Assembly: GCA_049424145.1 (NCBI GenBank)
Contig: JBMSSC010000007.1
Coordinates: 1-42,364, forward strand
Length of the DNA: 42,364 bases
DNA from: Bdellovibrionia bacterium
Lineage (GTDB): Bacteria > Bdellovibrionota > UBA1018
Reading direction: 5' to 3'
A program made the position numbers and the translations under genes. The notes beneath the pieces were generated by a model. It saw only the letters and a program-made list of their open reading frames with translations. It was not told where the DNA came from and searched no databases. Shown piece after piece: positions 19,365-30,098 of the stretch (position 1 is the stretch's first letter; every line of letters begins with the position of its first letter).

Positions 19365-20366
19365 ATGTTAAACTTCCCCCATTTCAACTCACAAAAAAAA
19401 ATTAACTCCATCGCAGTTCTTACGAGCGGAGGGGACGCCCCTGGCATGAACGCTGCGATTCGAGCAGTGGTCAGGTATGCCCTCTCCCAAGGGTGCCGCG
19501 TTCAGGGGATCATCAAAGGCTACAGCGGCCTCTTAGATGAGGAAATTATCCCGCTTTCGGCCTCCTCAGTGGCCAATATCATTCAAAAAGGGGGGACGAT
19601 TCTAAAAACGGATCGATGCGAGGCGTTTTACAAGAAAGCCACCCGTAAACGGGCTGCCATGATCCTAAAAGAGAACGAGATTGAGGGCCTTGTGGTCATT
19701 GGAGGGGATGGATCGTTCACCGGAGCACACCTGCTGGAAAAGGAGACTGGATTTCCTGTGATTGGGATCCCAGGGACGATCGATAATGATATTGCCGGTA
19801 CGGAGGACACCATCGGATTTGACACGGCCGTCAACACGGCCATTGAGGCGATTGATCGGATCCGAGACACAGCCAGCTCGCATGATCGAATTTTCTTAGT
19901 CGAAGTCATGGGTCGCAGCTCTGGCTTCATTGCCCTTCAGGTAGCCATGGGGGGCGGAGCAGAGACCATCATTTTGCCTGAGAAAAGGCAGTCGATCGAC
20001 ACCATCTGCAAGACCATTGAGCGAGGCGTTCAGCGCGGAAAAACCAGCAGCATCATCATTGTGGCCGAGGGACCTGAAACGGGTCTCTCCCAGCGCCTCT
20101 CCATCGACTTGGAAAAACGAGGGTACGCCTCCCGAGTTTGTATCTTAGGGCACACGCAACGAGGGGGCTCCCCCACAGCTCATGATCGAGTCTTAGCCTC
20201 AGTGCTGGGCGCATCTGCCGTAGGATACTTACTCCAAGGTAGATCCAACGCCATGGTAGGAATTCAAAGAAAACGAGTGACCCTAGTGCCCTTCACTCAA
20301 GTCATTGGCCAGAGAAAGGAAGTTCCAGAAGATCTCCTGAACCTCTCCCAGGCTCTTGCTACCTAG
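19365..20366 (+). CDS. pfkA: ATP-dependent 6-phosphofructokinase
   Basis: TSGGDAPGMNAAIR, GGDGS (Gly, ATP-type), PGTIDND, EVMGR, GHTQRGG. Confidence 0.97.
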   Translation: MLNFPHFNSQKKINSIAVLTSGGDAPGMNAAIRAVVRYALSQGCRVQGIIKGYSGLLDEEIIPLSASSVANIIQKGGTILKTDRCEAFYKKATRKRAAMILKENEIEGLVVIGGDGSFTGAHLLEKETGFPVIGIPGTIDNDIAGTEDTIGFDTAVNTAIEAIDRIRDTASSHDRIFLVEVMGRSSGFIALQVAMGGGAETIILPEKRQSIDTICKTIERGVQRGKTSSIIIVAEGPETGLSQRLSIDLEKRGYASRVCILGHTQRGGSPTAHDRVLASVLGASAVGYLLQGRSNAMVGIQRKRVTLVPFTQVIGQRKEVPEDLLNLSQALAT

Positions 20367-21124
20367 CGACTTGCGCGCAGGGCTTTCCAGTACTCTTTGC
20401 GCATCACAGCAATGGAGTCGATAGAAATTCGCTTCGGACAGGCCGCCTCACACTCTCCGATGTTGCTGCAGTGACCAAACCCTTCGTGGTCCATTTGATC
20501 CACCATCTTGCGCACGCGAGTCAGCGACTCCACTTGCCCTTGAGGCAGCATCGCAAAACGAGTCACCTGAGCGGCTGTAAATAACGAGGCCGATGCATTG
20601 GGGCACGCCGCCACACAGGCTCCACACTGAATGCAGGTGGCAGCATCTAAAGCCGCATCCGCTGCTTCTTTGGAGATTAAAATGGCATTGGCATCTGCAT
20701 GAGGGCCAGTTTTAACTGAAATATACCCTCCGGCCTGAACAATTCGATCCAAGGCCGAACGATCCACGACCAGATCCTTGATGACAGGCATGGCTTTGGC
20801 TCTCCAAGGCTCAACGACAATCGTTTGGCCATCGGAGAACTTCCTCATATAAACTTGGCAAGTGGCCGCTCCACGCTCAGGACCATGAGGCTGGCCATTG
20901 ATCACGCAGCTACAAGAACCGCAGATCCCTTCCCTGCAATCGCTGTCAAACTCAATCGGACGCTCTCCTTTTTTCAAGAGCTCTTCGTTTAAGTAATCGA
21001 GCATCTCTAAGAAGGACATATTCTCCGAGACTCCATCCAGGGTGTACTCCATGAAATGACCCGCGTCTTGAGAAGAGCTGCCCTGAGCCTTTTCCTGCTT
21101 CCAAATTTTAAGATGAATTTTCAT
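20363..21124 (-). CDS. sdhB: Succinate dehydrogenase/fumarate reductase iron-sulfur subunit
   Basis: CREGICGSC, CIQCGACVAACP, CSNIGECEAACP; start MKIHLKIW at 21124. Confidence 0.95.
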   Translation of the reverse strand: MKIHLKIWKQEKAQGSSSQDAGHFMEYTLDGVSENMSFLEMLDYLNEELLKKGERPIEFDSDCREGICGSCSCVINGQPHGPERGAATCQVYMRKFSDGQTIVVEPWRAKAMPVIKDLVVDRSALDRIVQAGGYISVKTGPHADANAILISKEAADAALDAATCIQCGACVAACPNASASLFTAAQVTRFAMLPQGQVESLTRVRKMVDQMDHEGFGHCSNIGECEAACPKRISIDSIAVMRKEYWKALRASR

Positions 21125-21152
21125 TTCCCAAATATCCTCTGCGTCTGATTCT

Positions 21153-23087
21153 CTATTTATAGCTTCTTTGAGCCACTTTAATGTTTTCAAACTGCAGGGG
21201 CTCTTGATGGAGTACGGGTTTTGCTGGGTTTCCCGTGTACTCCCAAGCCGCTACATAACTAAACTTGGAGTCATCCCGCTTGGCTTCGCCATCGTCCGTT
21301 TGGCTTTCCACGCGGAAATGTCCACCGCAGGACTCTGAGCGATTCAGCGCATCCCGAGCCATGAGTTCCCCGAGCTCTAAATAATCGGCCACTCGACCAG
21401 CAAACTCGAGGTTCTTATTGAACTCCTGGGAGCTTGCCCCAATTTTTACCCCTTCGGCAAACTCAGCTCGAAGCTGAGCAAACCGCTCAATGGTTTTTTT
21501 CAGGCCCGCTTCGCTTCGCGCCATGCCCACTTCATCCCACATCAAAAGGCCCAGTTCTCGGTAAAACTCCATGACCGTTCTTTTGCCGCGAGCACTGCGA
21601 TCCATGAGCGTTTGAATCTCTTTTCGGACCGAGTCTTCGGAGACCTTGAACTCAGGATGATCCGTTGTGACTTTTGTAAAGGATTGGTTCGCCAAGTAAT
21701 CGCCCAGCGTAAAGGGAATAACAAAGTATCCATCACACAGACCCTGCATTAAGGCACTGGCTCCTAAGCGATTGGCACCATGATCCGAGAAGTTACACTC
21801 ACCCAGAGCAAAAAGCCCAGGCACCGTGGTCATGAGTCCGTAATCCACCCAAAGCCCACCCATCGTGTAATGGATCGCAGGGTAAATTCTCATGGGCACT
21901 TCATAGGGATCTTCGTCCGTGATCTCACGATAAATATCAAACAAGTTGCCGTACTTGTCCCGAATCTTCTCCTTACCTTCCCGTTGAATGGCATCTTGAA
22001 AATCCAAGTACACAGCTAGGCCTTGATCCCCTACGCCTCGGCCTTCATCACAGACCTCTTTGGCATTACGTGAGGCCACGTCGCGAGGCACGAGATTTCC
22101 AAACGCAGGGTACTTCCGCTCTAAGTAGTAATCTCGATCGGAAACTGGAATATCTTTCGGGGCTTTCTTGACGTCTTCTTTTCGCTTGGGCACCCACACG
22201 CGACCATCGTTACGCAGGCTCTCGCTCATGAGCGTGAGCTTGGACTGACCCTTTCCTGACACAGGAATGGACGTCGGATGAATTTGCGTGAAGCATGGGT
22301 TGGCAAAATAAGCCCCCTTCTTATGACACCGCCAAGCTGCCGTTCCATTGGAGTTATGAGCATTGGTCGAGAGGTAGTAAATTCGACCATACCCCCCCGT
22401 GGCTAAAATCACAGCATCCGCAGCGTGACGCTCAATGGCACCGGTCAGAAGATTGCGGGTGATGATCCCACGAGCTTTGCCGTCAATCACCACGAGATCG
22501 AGCATCTCCCTCCGAGAGAACAACTCGACTTTTCCTTCATTCACTTGCCTCATTAATGCGGCATAAGCCCCTAAGAGAAGCTGCTGACCCGTTTGACCAC
22601 GCGCGTAAAAAGTGCGAGAAACTTGGGTTCCACCAAAAGAGCGATTCGCTAACTCACCGCTGTACTCCCGAGCAAACGGGACACCTTGGGCAACACACTG
22701 ATCAATGATCGAGGTGCTTAACTCAGCCAAACGATACACATTGGCTTCGCGGGAGCGATAATCGCCCCCTTTGATGGTATCGTAAAAAAGTCGATACACA
22801 CTGTCGCCGTCATTTTGATAGTTCTTCGCAGCATTGATTCCACCTTGAGCGGCAATGGAGTGCGCTCGCCTCGGGGAATCATGGATACAAAACGATTTGA
22901 CTTGGTAGCCTAACTCACCCAGAGTGGAAGCCGCTGAGGCACCAGCCAAGCCAGTTCCCACGACAATGACGGAGTACTTCCGTTTATTCGTGGGATTAAC
23001 CAACTTCATTTCACTTTTGTAGCGATTCCACTTCTCAGAGAGGGGACCACTCGGAATGCGTGCATTTAACTTAGAATCTGTGCTCAT
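21153..23087 (-). CDS. sdhA: Succinate dehydrogenase/fumarate reductase flavoprotein subunit
   Basis: [52 protein letters not shown] overlap with sdhC. Confidence 0.95.
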   Translation of the reverse strand: MSTDSKLNARIPSGPLSEKWNRYKSEMKLVNPTNKRKYSVIVVGTGLAGASAASTLGELGYQVKSFCIHDSPRRAHSIAAQGGINAAKNYQNDGDSVYRLFYDTIKGGDYRSREANVYRLAELSTSIIDQCVAQGVPFAREYSGELANRSFGGTQVSRTFYARGQTGQQLLLGAYAALMRQVNEGKVELFSRREMLDLVVIDGKARGIITRNLLTGAIERHAADAVILATGGYGRIYYLSTNAHNSNGTAAWRCHKKGAYFANPCFTQIHPTSIPVSGKGQSKLTLMSESLRNDGRVWVPKRKEDVKKAPKDIPVSDRDYYLERKYPAFGNLVPRDVASRNAKEVCDEGRGVGDQGLAVYLDFQDAIQREGKEKIRDKYGNLFDIYREITDEDPYEVPMRIYPAIHYTMGGLWVDYGLMTTVPGLFALGECNFSDHGANRLGASALMQGLCDGYFVIPFTLGDYLANQSFTKVTTDHPEFKVSEDSVRKEIQTLMDRSARGKRTVMEFYRELGLLMWDEVGMARSEAGLKKTIERFAQLRAEFAEGVKIGASSQEFNKNLEFAGRVADYLELGELMARDALNRSESCGGHFRVESQTDDGEAKRDDSKFSYVAAWEYTGNPAKPVLHQEPLQFENIKVAQRSYK

Positions 23088-23800
23088 GATGTCGCTCCAA
23101 AAAATCGAAACGGTAAGTCCAAGTAGATCCAAACTGGGATCAGAAGAAAACCCACCGCCAGTAAACCCGCTAAAGCCAGGCCCAAGCTATAGATGAAGGC
23201 TTGAGTTCGCTTCTGGGTTGCTCCTAAAGAGTGAAACGCACTCCAAATCCCATGCTTTAGGTGCATCCCTAAAAACAGCATCGCGGCCGAATAAAAGGCC
23301 ACAATCACCGGTTGATGAAAAGACTCCACCACCAAACGATGAAGGTCGCGAATGGACTTTCCATCCAGCTGTTGAACATACCCTTCTGCGATTCCTGGAC
23401 CGAATTTAAATTGCTTAATATGCACCACGAGAAATAAAAGCAGAAGAGCACCGGTGAAGATCAAATTCTTTGAGGCCACATCCATTTTGCTGGGCCCCTT
23501 TTTGGAGTTCTGCAATTGATAGCCCACGGGTCTTGCTTGAGTGGCTAAGTACTTCAAGCGAAATGCGATCATCACATGCATGCCTGCTAGACTTAATAGA
23601 ACGATTTCAGCAGCCTCAAGCAGAGGCCCTAACGACGCCAATTTTTCAGCGTAGGCATTGAACAAGGATCCATTGGGTTGGAGCAGAATTAAATTTCCTG
23701 CCAGGTGAAGGATCACAAAACCCACTAATGATAAACCACTGATGGCCATCAGAAACTTCATTCCTACGGTGGTTTTAAAAGCCTGCTTCACTGTCAGCAT
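23084..23800 (-). CDS. sdhC: Succinate dehydrogenase cytochrome b558 subunit
   Basis: About five hydrophobic helices with heme-ligating histidines (HLAGN, GMHV, VVHI, HLKHG); upstream of sdhAB. Confidence 0.92.
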   Translation of the reverse strand: MLTVKQAFKTTVGMKFLMAISGLSLVGFVILHLAGNLILLQPNGSLFNAYAEKLASLGPLLEAAEIVLLSLAGMHVMIAFRLKYLATQARPVGYQLQNSKKGPSKMDVASKNLIFTGALLLLFLVVHIKQFKFGPGIAEGYVQQLDGKSIRDLHRLVVESFHQPVIVAFYSAAMLFLGMHLKHGIWSAFHSLGATQKRTQAFIYSLGLALAGLLAVGFLLIPVWIYLDLPFRFFGATS

Positions 23801-23989
23801 AAAAGAACGCTCTCCTCAGACCTATCAGGACAAAAAAAATTGGTCATGATCTGATCGTTAGTTCGGGTTGTCATTTGATCGACGATTTTCCTCTTCTTGT
23901 TCTAACAAATCTTTGCTTTTAAAAAAAGAGACAAAAACCGGCCTAGTTGGCATCGTTTTGGAATGCCCACTGAGTGACGTACACTCGCT

Positions 23990-24766
23990 ATGATTCCTTA
24001 TCTTACTCAATGCATGGGTTGTAAACAAGTCATCGATCGATTTTTTTCAGTCTTGTGTGCCATCTGTGAACAGAGCCTCGTGAAATGCCCTCCCCTCTGC
24101 GCCTCATGCGCAAGCCCCTTGTGCCTCATACAGCCTCATTCCACCTGTCTTCGCCCATGGATTAAACGACTCAGTTGCCCCACCTCCACTCTAGACTCCA
24201 CCTCAGCACGCTACCTCCTCGTGGGCAAAGGCTACGAAGTCCTCAAGAATTGGAAGAAACGAGGAGGTCTTTTTTTTGATCGAAAAGTCTTGGTCTCAGA
24301 CCCTGAACTGATCTCTCAATGGATGAACCTCTCTGCTCAGGCCATTGTACCCATTCCTCAAACTCACGATCGCAGCTGGCAGATGGGAAAACAATTCGCA
24401 GGCACTCCTGTGCAGAGAATTGCTCGCTGGGTGAGCATACGTTGTCAAATTCCCGTCGTCCCCCTACTGGAGAAAAAGACCCGCATCAAACAAGCAAAGC
24501 GGCAAGCACAGATGACTTTCCAGGAACGAATATCAAATCGAGAGAATCCCTTTCAATGGGCACAGAACCTCACCACCGAAAAGGGCGGGAGCAATGACAA
24601 AAAAGACGTTCCCCAAAGCGTTTTGCTTGTGGATGACTTCATGACCACGGGACAAACTCTGCGCGAAGCGGCGCACGTGCTAAAAAGCTCAGGCGTGAGA
24701 CAAGTGCATGCCTTCTGCTTGGGCGCTCGCGTCTTCCGGGGCCGGAGAACCCGCGAGAACCGATAA
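23990..24766 (+). CDS. comF: ComF family protein (double Zn-ribbon plus phosphoribosyltransferase domain)
   Basis: N-terminal CxxC pairs; IVPIP; VLLVDDFMTTGQTL. Confidence 0.85.
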   Translation: MIPYLTQCMGCKQVIDRFFSVLCAICEQSLVKCPPLCASCASPLCLIQPHSTCLRPWIKRLSCPTSTLDSTSARYLLVGKGYEVLKNWKKRGGLFFDRKVLVSDPELISQWMNLSAQAIVPIPQTHDRSWQMGKQFAGTPVQRIARWVSIRCQIPVVPLLEKKTRIKQAKRQAQMTFQERISNRENPFQWAQNLTTEKGGSNDKKDVPQSVLLVDDFMTTGQTLREAAHVLKSSGVRQVHAFCLGARVFRGRRTRENR

Positions 24767-25978
24767 GCTCTGGGAGACTTCGGAAGACTCCGAACGAGCC
24801 TCAGATGAGGATTCCAAGACCGAATCCTGAAGTGACTCAGCCTCTCCCTCTAAGGTCAAATGAGCCTCCTGAACGTTCACGCCCAGTAATGCCACCACTT
24901 GCTCCCATGCTGCCGAAGGCCCATAAGCATCCGTTAAGAACGCCACACCCGGCAAACTGGGTAGCAAGATGGGCTCAAGGAGCATCTCTCCGCCTGAGAA
25001 GAACGCCTCTTCCACCAAACGAACCTGCTCAGAAACTAACGTATCGGTGAACTTCTGACACCCCGGAGGAAGAAACGTCGGGTCTGAAAACATCCGATCC
25101 AAGGAGCTTTTCAGACGCCTCAGTTTTTTTGCAATCCCATGATTATCTTCCACTTCTTCTTCACTTAAGCACAACGTCCAATAGCTGCGTGTCCCTTGCG
25201 TGGAAAAATAACCCCATAAATTTCTCTCAATCGAATCTCCGTTTTCTCGGTGAAGGGCCGCGTAAAAGTTCTCACGCGCTCCCCCTCCCACGGGTGCTCG
25301 GTGATCCAAGACCACTTGCACGGCACCCACAGGCTCGCGCTTCTGAGTGAACTTTAAGGATTGAGGAAGCCCTTTTAAAGCCCGAAGGGATCGCCACTGA
25401 TCGGCATAAATTACTTGAGTCGCAAGAATCTCCTCGCCATTGGCTAAGCTCACCTTCAGGCAAGGCGAGGAAACACACGATGGATCCTCTCGGTCCTTTG
25501 CCGACTCAAACGCCTCAATTCCCACCACAGGAGCTTTCTCCTGACGCTGAAGACTCACATAGCCTTTTTCTGCCAGCGCATTCCTGAAAGACTCCTCAAT
25601 TTCCCCAAGAGTGAGAGAAACTTGAGAGGAAAGAAGACTGGCAATTCGACGCTCAGGCGCCCAAAGCACAGCGTCTCGATGCTCGGCTTGCTGAGCTGGA
25701 TCAGACGACTTCATCCAAGGTGGCTTTCGAAACGTCTTGTTTCGATACTCACGAAGCCAACACCCTTCTTCAGGCGCCCCTAAGGGAATCTCAAGACGTT
25801 GAGCCAACTCCAGACAAGCCCATGCGGCTTTGGAAGTCTGAAACGAGGACAAAGGAGAAATCATTCGAGCATTCTGACCCGCCACCCATCTTACTTCAAT
25901 CCCAGAGGACGCTAAAAAACCTACGGCCGCTAATGCCGCCCAGCCATCCCCAATCACCACTACTGAATCAGACTTCAT
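24689..25978 (-). CDS. Hypothetical protein with degenerate FAD/NAD Rossmann N-terminus
   Basis: VVVIGDGWAALAAVGFLA; ANGEEILATQVIYA resembles the second half of FAD-binding domains; overlaps the aspartate kinase stop. Confidence 0.6.
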   Translation of the reverse strand: MKSDSVVVIGDGWAALAAVGFLASSGIEVRWVAGQNARMISPLSSFQTSKAAWACLELAQRLEIPLGAPEEGCWLREYRNKTFRKPPWMKSSDPAQQAEHRDAVLWAPERRIASLLSSQVSLTLGEIEESFRNALAEKGYVSLQRQEKAPVVGIEAFESAKDREDPSCVSSPCLKVSLANGEEILATQVIYADQWRSLRALKGLPQSLKFTQKREPVGAVQVVLDHRAPVGGGARENFYAALHRENGDSIERNLWGYFSTQGTRSYWTLCLSEEEVEDNHGIAKKLRRLKSSLDRMFSDPTFLPPGCQKFTDTLVSEQVRLVEEAFFSGGEMLLEPILLPSLPGVAFLTDAYGPSAAWEQVVALLGVNVQEAHLTLEGEAESLQDSVLESSSEARSESSEVSQSLSVLAGSPAPEDASAQAEGMHLSHA

Positions 25979-27239
25979 GATTTTTCTTTTCCTCTAAAAA
26001 ATGCCGATGCAAGGCTCGAACAGCATCGTCTGCTCGATGAGCTGCCACTGCCACTGAGATGGCTAAGGCAGAAGCACTCCCAAAACTCACCCCAATCTGC
26101 TCGGATGCTAAAATCTCCATCACCTGATTCAGCGCCATACCGTCTTGAGAGAACCGATCGCCAACGACGGACACAGGCACCCAATCAGTGTGAAGCTCAT
26201 AGGCCGTAAGAAACCCCAAGTTTTTTAAATCCTCTAGGTGCCTCTTCCACTCCAACTCCCCTTCGCGATCAGAGAAAAAGTTCACTTGCCCATTAAAAAA
26301 CTGAGGCACCACAACCGACAGATGAGCCTGAGCAGCACGATCCCAAAGAGCAGCCACAACCGTGGGCCGAGCCAAAGTCACGGAAATAAAAATTTTTGTT
26401 CGATCCGAAGTCACTCCGGTTACGGCGAACTCTTCCATTCCGGCTCCCGAAGAGGGTTTTCTCGATTGGCTCACCGACGAATGCCTGGATGAATTTTCTT
26501 GGATTTTATTTGTGGATCCCACTTGCGTTCCCTCACTCTCGTTTAAACTGTTCTTCACGCGAAGCGGAACTCCAAATTGCTTGGCCAGCTCAACGCTTCT
26601 GGGATGTAACACCCCTGCCCCACGCGTGGCTAGCTCCACCATCGCGTCATGAGAAATCATGGGGAGCCATTTCGCCTGAGGCACGACTCTCGGATCAGCC
26701 GAATACACTCCATCGACATCTGTGTAAATATCACAACTCTCCGCTTGGAGAGCAACGGCCAATGCCACGGCTGAGGTATCCGATCCGCCCCGACCTAAAG
26801 TGGTCACCTCTTTGGTTTCACTGACCCCTTGAAACCCTGCAACGATGACCACCTTCCCCTGCGCCAAGGCGTCCCGTGCTCGATCCCCTAAAATCCTTCG
26901 AATCCTAGCCCTCCGATGGCTCGTGTCGGTGATGATCCCCGTCTGCGAGCCAGTTAATGAAATGGCTGGGACCTTTCGATCGGATAGCGCCATACTGAGC
27001 AGGGCCATTGAAATCCGCTCGCCCGTGCTTAAAAGCATATCCATTTCCCGAAGCGAAGGGTTTTTTGAAACTCGATGAGCCAGATCAATGAGATCATCGG
27101 TGGTGTCTCCCATCGCTGAGACCACAACCACAATTTGATGTCCTTGGTGATAGGATTGGGCAATGCGATCGGAAACCCGGCAGATTCTCTCCGGATTTGC
27201 AACCGAGGTGCCTCCAAATTTCTGAACAATGAGTGCCAT
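25968..27239 (-). CDS. lysC: Aspartate kinase
   Basis: MALIVQKFGGTSV, VVSAMGDTTD, LSTGE, TLGRGGSDTSA, TDVDGVYSADP, VLHPRSV; divergent ACT region. Confidence 0.95.
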   Translation of the reverse strand: MALIVQKFGGTSVANPERICRVSDRIAQSYHQGHQIVVVVSAMGDTTDDLIDLAHRVSKNPSLREMDMLLSTGERISMALLSMALSDRKVPAISLTGSQTGIITDTSHRRARIRRILGDRARDALAQGKVVIVAGFQGVSETKEVTTLGRGGSDTSAVALAVALQAESCDIYTDVDGVYSADPRVVPQAKWLPMISHDAMVELATRGAGVLHPRSVELAKQFGVPLRVKNSLNESEGTQVGSTNKIQENSSRHSSVSQSRKPSSGAGMEEFAVTGVTSDRTKIFISVTLARPTVVAALWDRAAQAHLSVVVPQFFNGQVNFFSDREGELEWKRHLEDLKNLGFLTAYELHTDWVPVSVVGDRFSQDGMALNQVMEILASEQIGVSFGSASALAISVAVAAHRADDAVRALHRHFLEEKKNHEV

Positions 27240-27377
27240 GCCCTTTTTTCGCACACCGACCTGGGGTCCGTCACCTAGTTTCTAGCGGGCGCCGCGAAAA
27301 CGCCTTACGCTTACTGAACGTCAGCAAGCCATGGTCAAGCCACAGGCAAAATCAGAAAGGAGTCCAGAAACCCAGCC

Positions 27378-29051
27378 TCACCCTTTTTCCGGTGACACAG
27401 GTGTGAAGTTTCGAGCCGAATCTCGGTGGCGCATGTGAATCCGATAGTAGCGCTGTGATCTGCGTTGCCGCTTGTACCTGCGCCTCTCGGGCGGATCACG
27501 CACCTCTAAAGACGCCAGGTTTCGAGATCGATCATTCGGCATGGGCAAAAGAACATGAGTCCCCGAGCGCAAGGACACTCGAGGGGAGACTCGATTTAAA
27601 TCAGTCATGGGATCCACTTTAATCCCAAAGTGCCGAGCAATCCGATGAAGGGTTTCCCCTCGATGAACCTTATAGGTGAGAAAATTGACTTTTCTGGGAA
27701 AGGCGCCGTGATTATAGGTCACTAAAAACCGATCCTTGACCGAAACCGGCAGCTTCACTCGATAAGCCGGCACCGTTGGCGGCGTACACCATCTTAAAAT
27801 TTCAGGATTTAAATTCTTTACCGTCTGATAGGAAAGCCCGGCAGCCTGGGCAATCTTCAGCATATCGGCGGGGCTTTGCACTTCGAACTCAGCCAGCTCC
27901 TCGCCACCCACTTCCCCTTGACGGTTCACATGCGGCGTGGGAATTGGACGAGCCAAGGGCTGAGAACCTAAAGCGCCTTGTGAACGAGCCTCAACTAAGG
28001 AATCCCCCGCGGACTCTCCACTGCCTTTCGAGGGCTCAGCTTGAGCGATCCCCTTCTCGCTTTCCGCTCCATCGCCTCCCCCGTCCTGAGGATCGATCAA
28101 CTTCATCTCAGAAAGCTCCGAGACCAACTCACGATCCGCTTCCTTCTCTTCCACGTAAGTCTCATCCGCCGTGGGCTGATCCGTCTTAATCACTTTGACA
28201 ATTTCACCATCAGGAGCGACCGCTTCATCCGCTGCAGGCTTCAAGGGGCTTTCAGGAAAACCAAATTGAGCTCGGTTCTTGGCAATGATGGCCGCTGCAA
28301 ACATTTTGGGCACATAATCGCGGGTTTCAGGGCGTAAAAAGCGATGCTTAGAAATCACCCAGAAATCTTTACTTCCGTAGCGCCTGACGGCACGAGCCAC
28401 CTTACTCTCCCCTGCATTGTAAGCGGCAGCGGCCAGCTCCCAACTCTGAAACAGCGTGTACAGATCTCGTAAGTACTCCACAGCAGCCAGTGTCGACTTC
28501 CGAATGTCTCGCCGCTCATCAATCCACCAGTTGACGGAAAGACCGTAGCGCTTCCCTGTGGCCGAAATGAACTGCCAAGGCCCCACCGCCTTCGCGTGTG
28601 AGCGGGCCAGGTTATTGAAACCACTTTCAATCATGGCCAAATAAACCAAGTCCTCAGGCATCTTGTTTTGCTTTAAGAGCGGAGCAATGTAGGGAATAAA
28701 ATACTCTGAGCGCTCCAAGTATTTGGTAAAATAGGCCCGACCGCGACCACAGAAATAATCAATCCAAAACTCGACACGAGAATTGATCGTGATCGGAAGA
28801 TCGAACTGAGTATTTTTTAACCGAACTCCTTGAACATAAAGCTCAGGAGAAAAAGCCTCGACAGACCCTCCCTCGGTCCGATTTTGCCCTTTCAGCAGGA
28901 CTTCGGAAATATTCTTCGGCTCCGCCCCTTCTGAATTTCCAGCGGATTCACCCCAAGGCTTCTGGACGTGAGCACAACCTGTGGCCAGAATGACACTTCC
29001 CAGGGTTACGGTCCATTTCGTACTGTGAGAAAATTTTTCCAAAAATCGCAA
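27378..29051 (-). CDS. mltD: MltD-like lytic transglycosylase lipoprotein (SLT plus LysM)
   Basis: Lipobox LATGC; IESGF, AVGPWQF, AAYNAGE, ETRDYVPK; LysM YKVHRGETLHRIARHFG; TTG start behind AAGGA. Confidence 0.88.
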   Translation of the reverse strand: MRFLEKFSHSTKWTVTLGSVILATGCAHVQKPWGESAGNSEGAEPKNISEVLLKGQNRTEGGSVEAFSPELYVQGVRLKNTQFDLPITINSRVEFWIDYFCGRGRAYFTKYLERSEYFIPYIAPLLKQNKMPEDLVYLAMIESGFNNLARSHAKAVGPWQFISATGKRYGLSVNWWIDERRDIRKSTLAAVEYLRDLYTLFQSWELAAAAYNAGESKVARAVRRYGSKDFWVISKHRFLRPETRDYVPKMFAAAIIAKNRAQFGFPESPLKPAADEAVAPDGEIVKVIKTDQPTADETYVEEKEADRELVSELSEMKLIDPQDGGGDGAESEKGIAQAEPSKGSGESAGDSLVEARSQGALGSQPLARPIPTPHVNRQGEVGGEELAEFEVQSPADMLKIAQAAGLSYQTVKNLNPEILRWCTPPTVPAYRVKLPVSVKDRFLVTYNHGAFPRKVNFLTYKVHRGETLHRIARHFGIKVDPMTDLNRVSPRVSLRSGTHVLLPMPNDRSRNLASLEVRDPPERRRYKRQRRSQRYYRIHMRHRDSARNFTPVSPEKG

Positions 29052-29473
29052 ACCATTCGTCCTTTTTTGTTCTCAATTCATTTTCTTCTGTCATTTCGGA
29101 TCACTGCTTAACGCTGAGCTGAGCCTGACTCCTGATGGCGTTTCATTCTCTATTTGGGTCAATTGGATTCATCGCTCCCTCTCTCCAATGGCAGACCCAA
29201 ATGATCAATGACTCTGTCAGGACCCTAACCCAAGACTCACCTCATGAGACCTGACTTTTCAGTCCCTTACTCCTTTTCCCCTTGGACCCCACAAACCCTC
29301 ATTCCCCTCTCAGTTCAGCCTCCGATTCCCTATTGAAACGCCTTGCGCGCTGAAGCTCATTTTTTGAGGCAAAACTGGTTTAAAATCCAGGCCCTATCTC
29401 GATTACAACCCAAAAACTAGCCAAAAGCTCGAGTGACAAATTGGGCCCTGGACGGACTTTTTCAGCCTATTTA

Positions 29474-29503
29474 ATGGTATCTGAAAAAGAACAGACTTGT
29501 CAA
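29474..29503 (-). promoter_or_regulatory. Sigma-70-like promoter upstream of mltD
   Basis: Minus strand TTGACA-N18-TACCAT. Confidence 0.55.
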
Positions 29504-29610
29504 ATCATTCAAATTTTTGCCACTGCAGAGCGCGGCTCCCATCGTAAAACAAGTGAATCAAAAATAATCACTCTGAACTTTCAATCAAGCAGCTTTTGAT
29601 GCTTGTCATT

Positions 29611-29643
29611 TCTCATGCTCATCTCATCCTCATCTCATGCTCA
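29611..29643. repeat. Three tandem 11-bp repeats TCTCATSCTCA
   Basis: TCTCATGCTCA TCTCATCCTCA TCTCATGCTCA read directly. Confidence 0.8.
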
Positions 29644-30098
29644 TCAGATGACCCGCTCGTGCAATCCATGCTCTCGAGAAACAGAGGCCTCAGAACTAGA
29701 CAACCATGAGGGAAGATGGCCGTTTTTACTTCACTCTCTGTGCCGCCATCAGCTCAACTCCCTAGGACGAATCCATTGGAATGATGGAAGCCTTTTTGAA
29801 CCAAGACTTTTTTCCGGATCTGCATGAGAAAGAACTCAGCAGCAGCCCCGATCTAAAACATCCCGTTCTTCAAACTCATCATATTTTTTTCTAATTTAAC
29901 GACAAAAAAAAATCGGACCCTATCCAAGAGGAATGCAGATTTTATTTTAAATAGGTCCTTAGATTGACTTGAATTCGTCTGCCCCTATGAATGACGATCC
30001 CCCACTATTCATCGACCATCAACTACCAAAAACCGCTTTTCCTACGATACGATTTGCGTGTTTTGAATGTCTCAGTAAAATTAGAGGCCTAAAAGATA

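Noticed and set aside
23948..23964. TGGCATCGTTTTGGAAT as a sigma-54 promoter for comF
   Set aside because: Lacks the conserved GC at GG-N10-GC spacing.
27255..27377. Lysine riboswitch upstream of aspartate kinase
   Set aside because: The spacer is too short and lacks the L-box consensus.
29052..29470. c-di-AMP (ydaO) or c-di-GMP riboswitch upstream of mltD
   Set aside because: Consensus elements were not found by eye; retained only as an unknown structured leader.
29603..29827. 74-aa ORF; also the 11-bp repeats as a CRISPR array
   Set aside because: Non-ATG start, no SD or motifs; the repeats are contiguous with no spacers and no cas genes.
29880..30098. Frameshifted continuation of the 30099-31118 gene
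   Set aside because: All three minus-strand frames close within about 30 codons.
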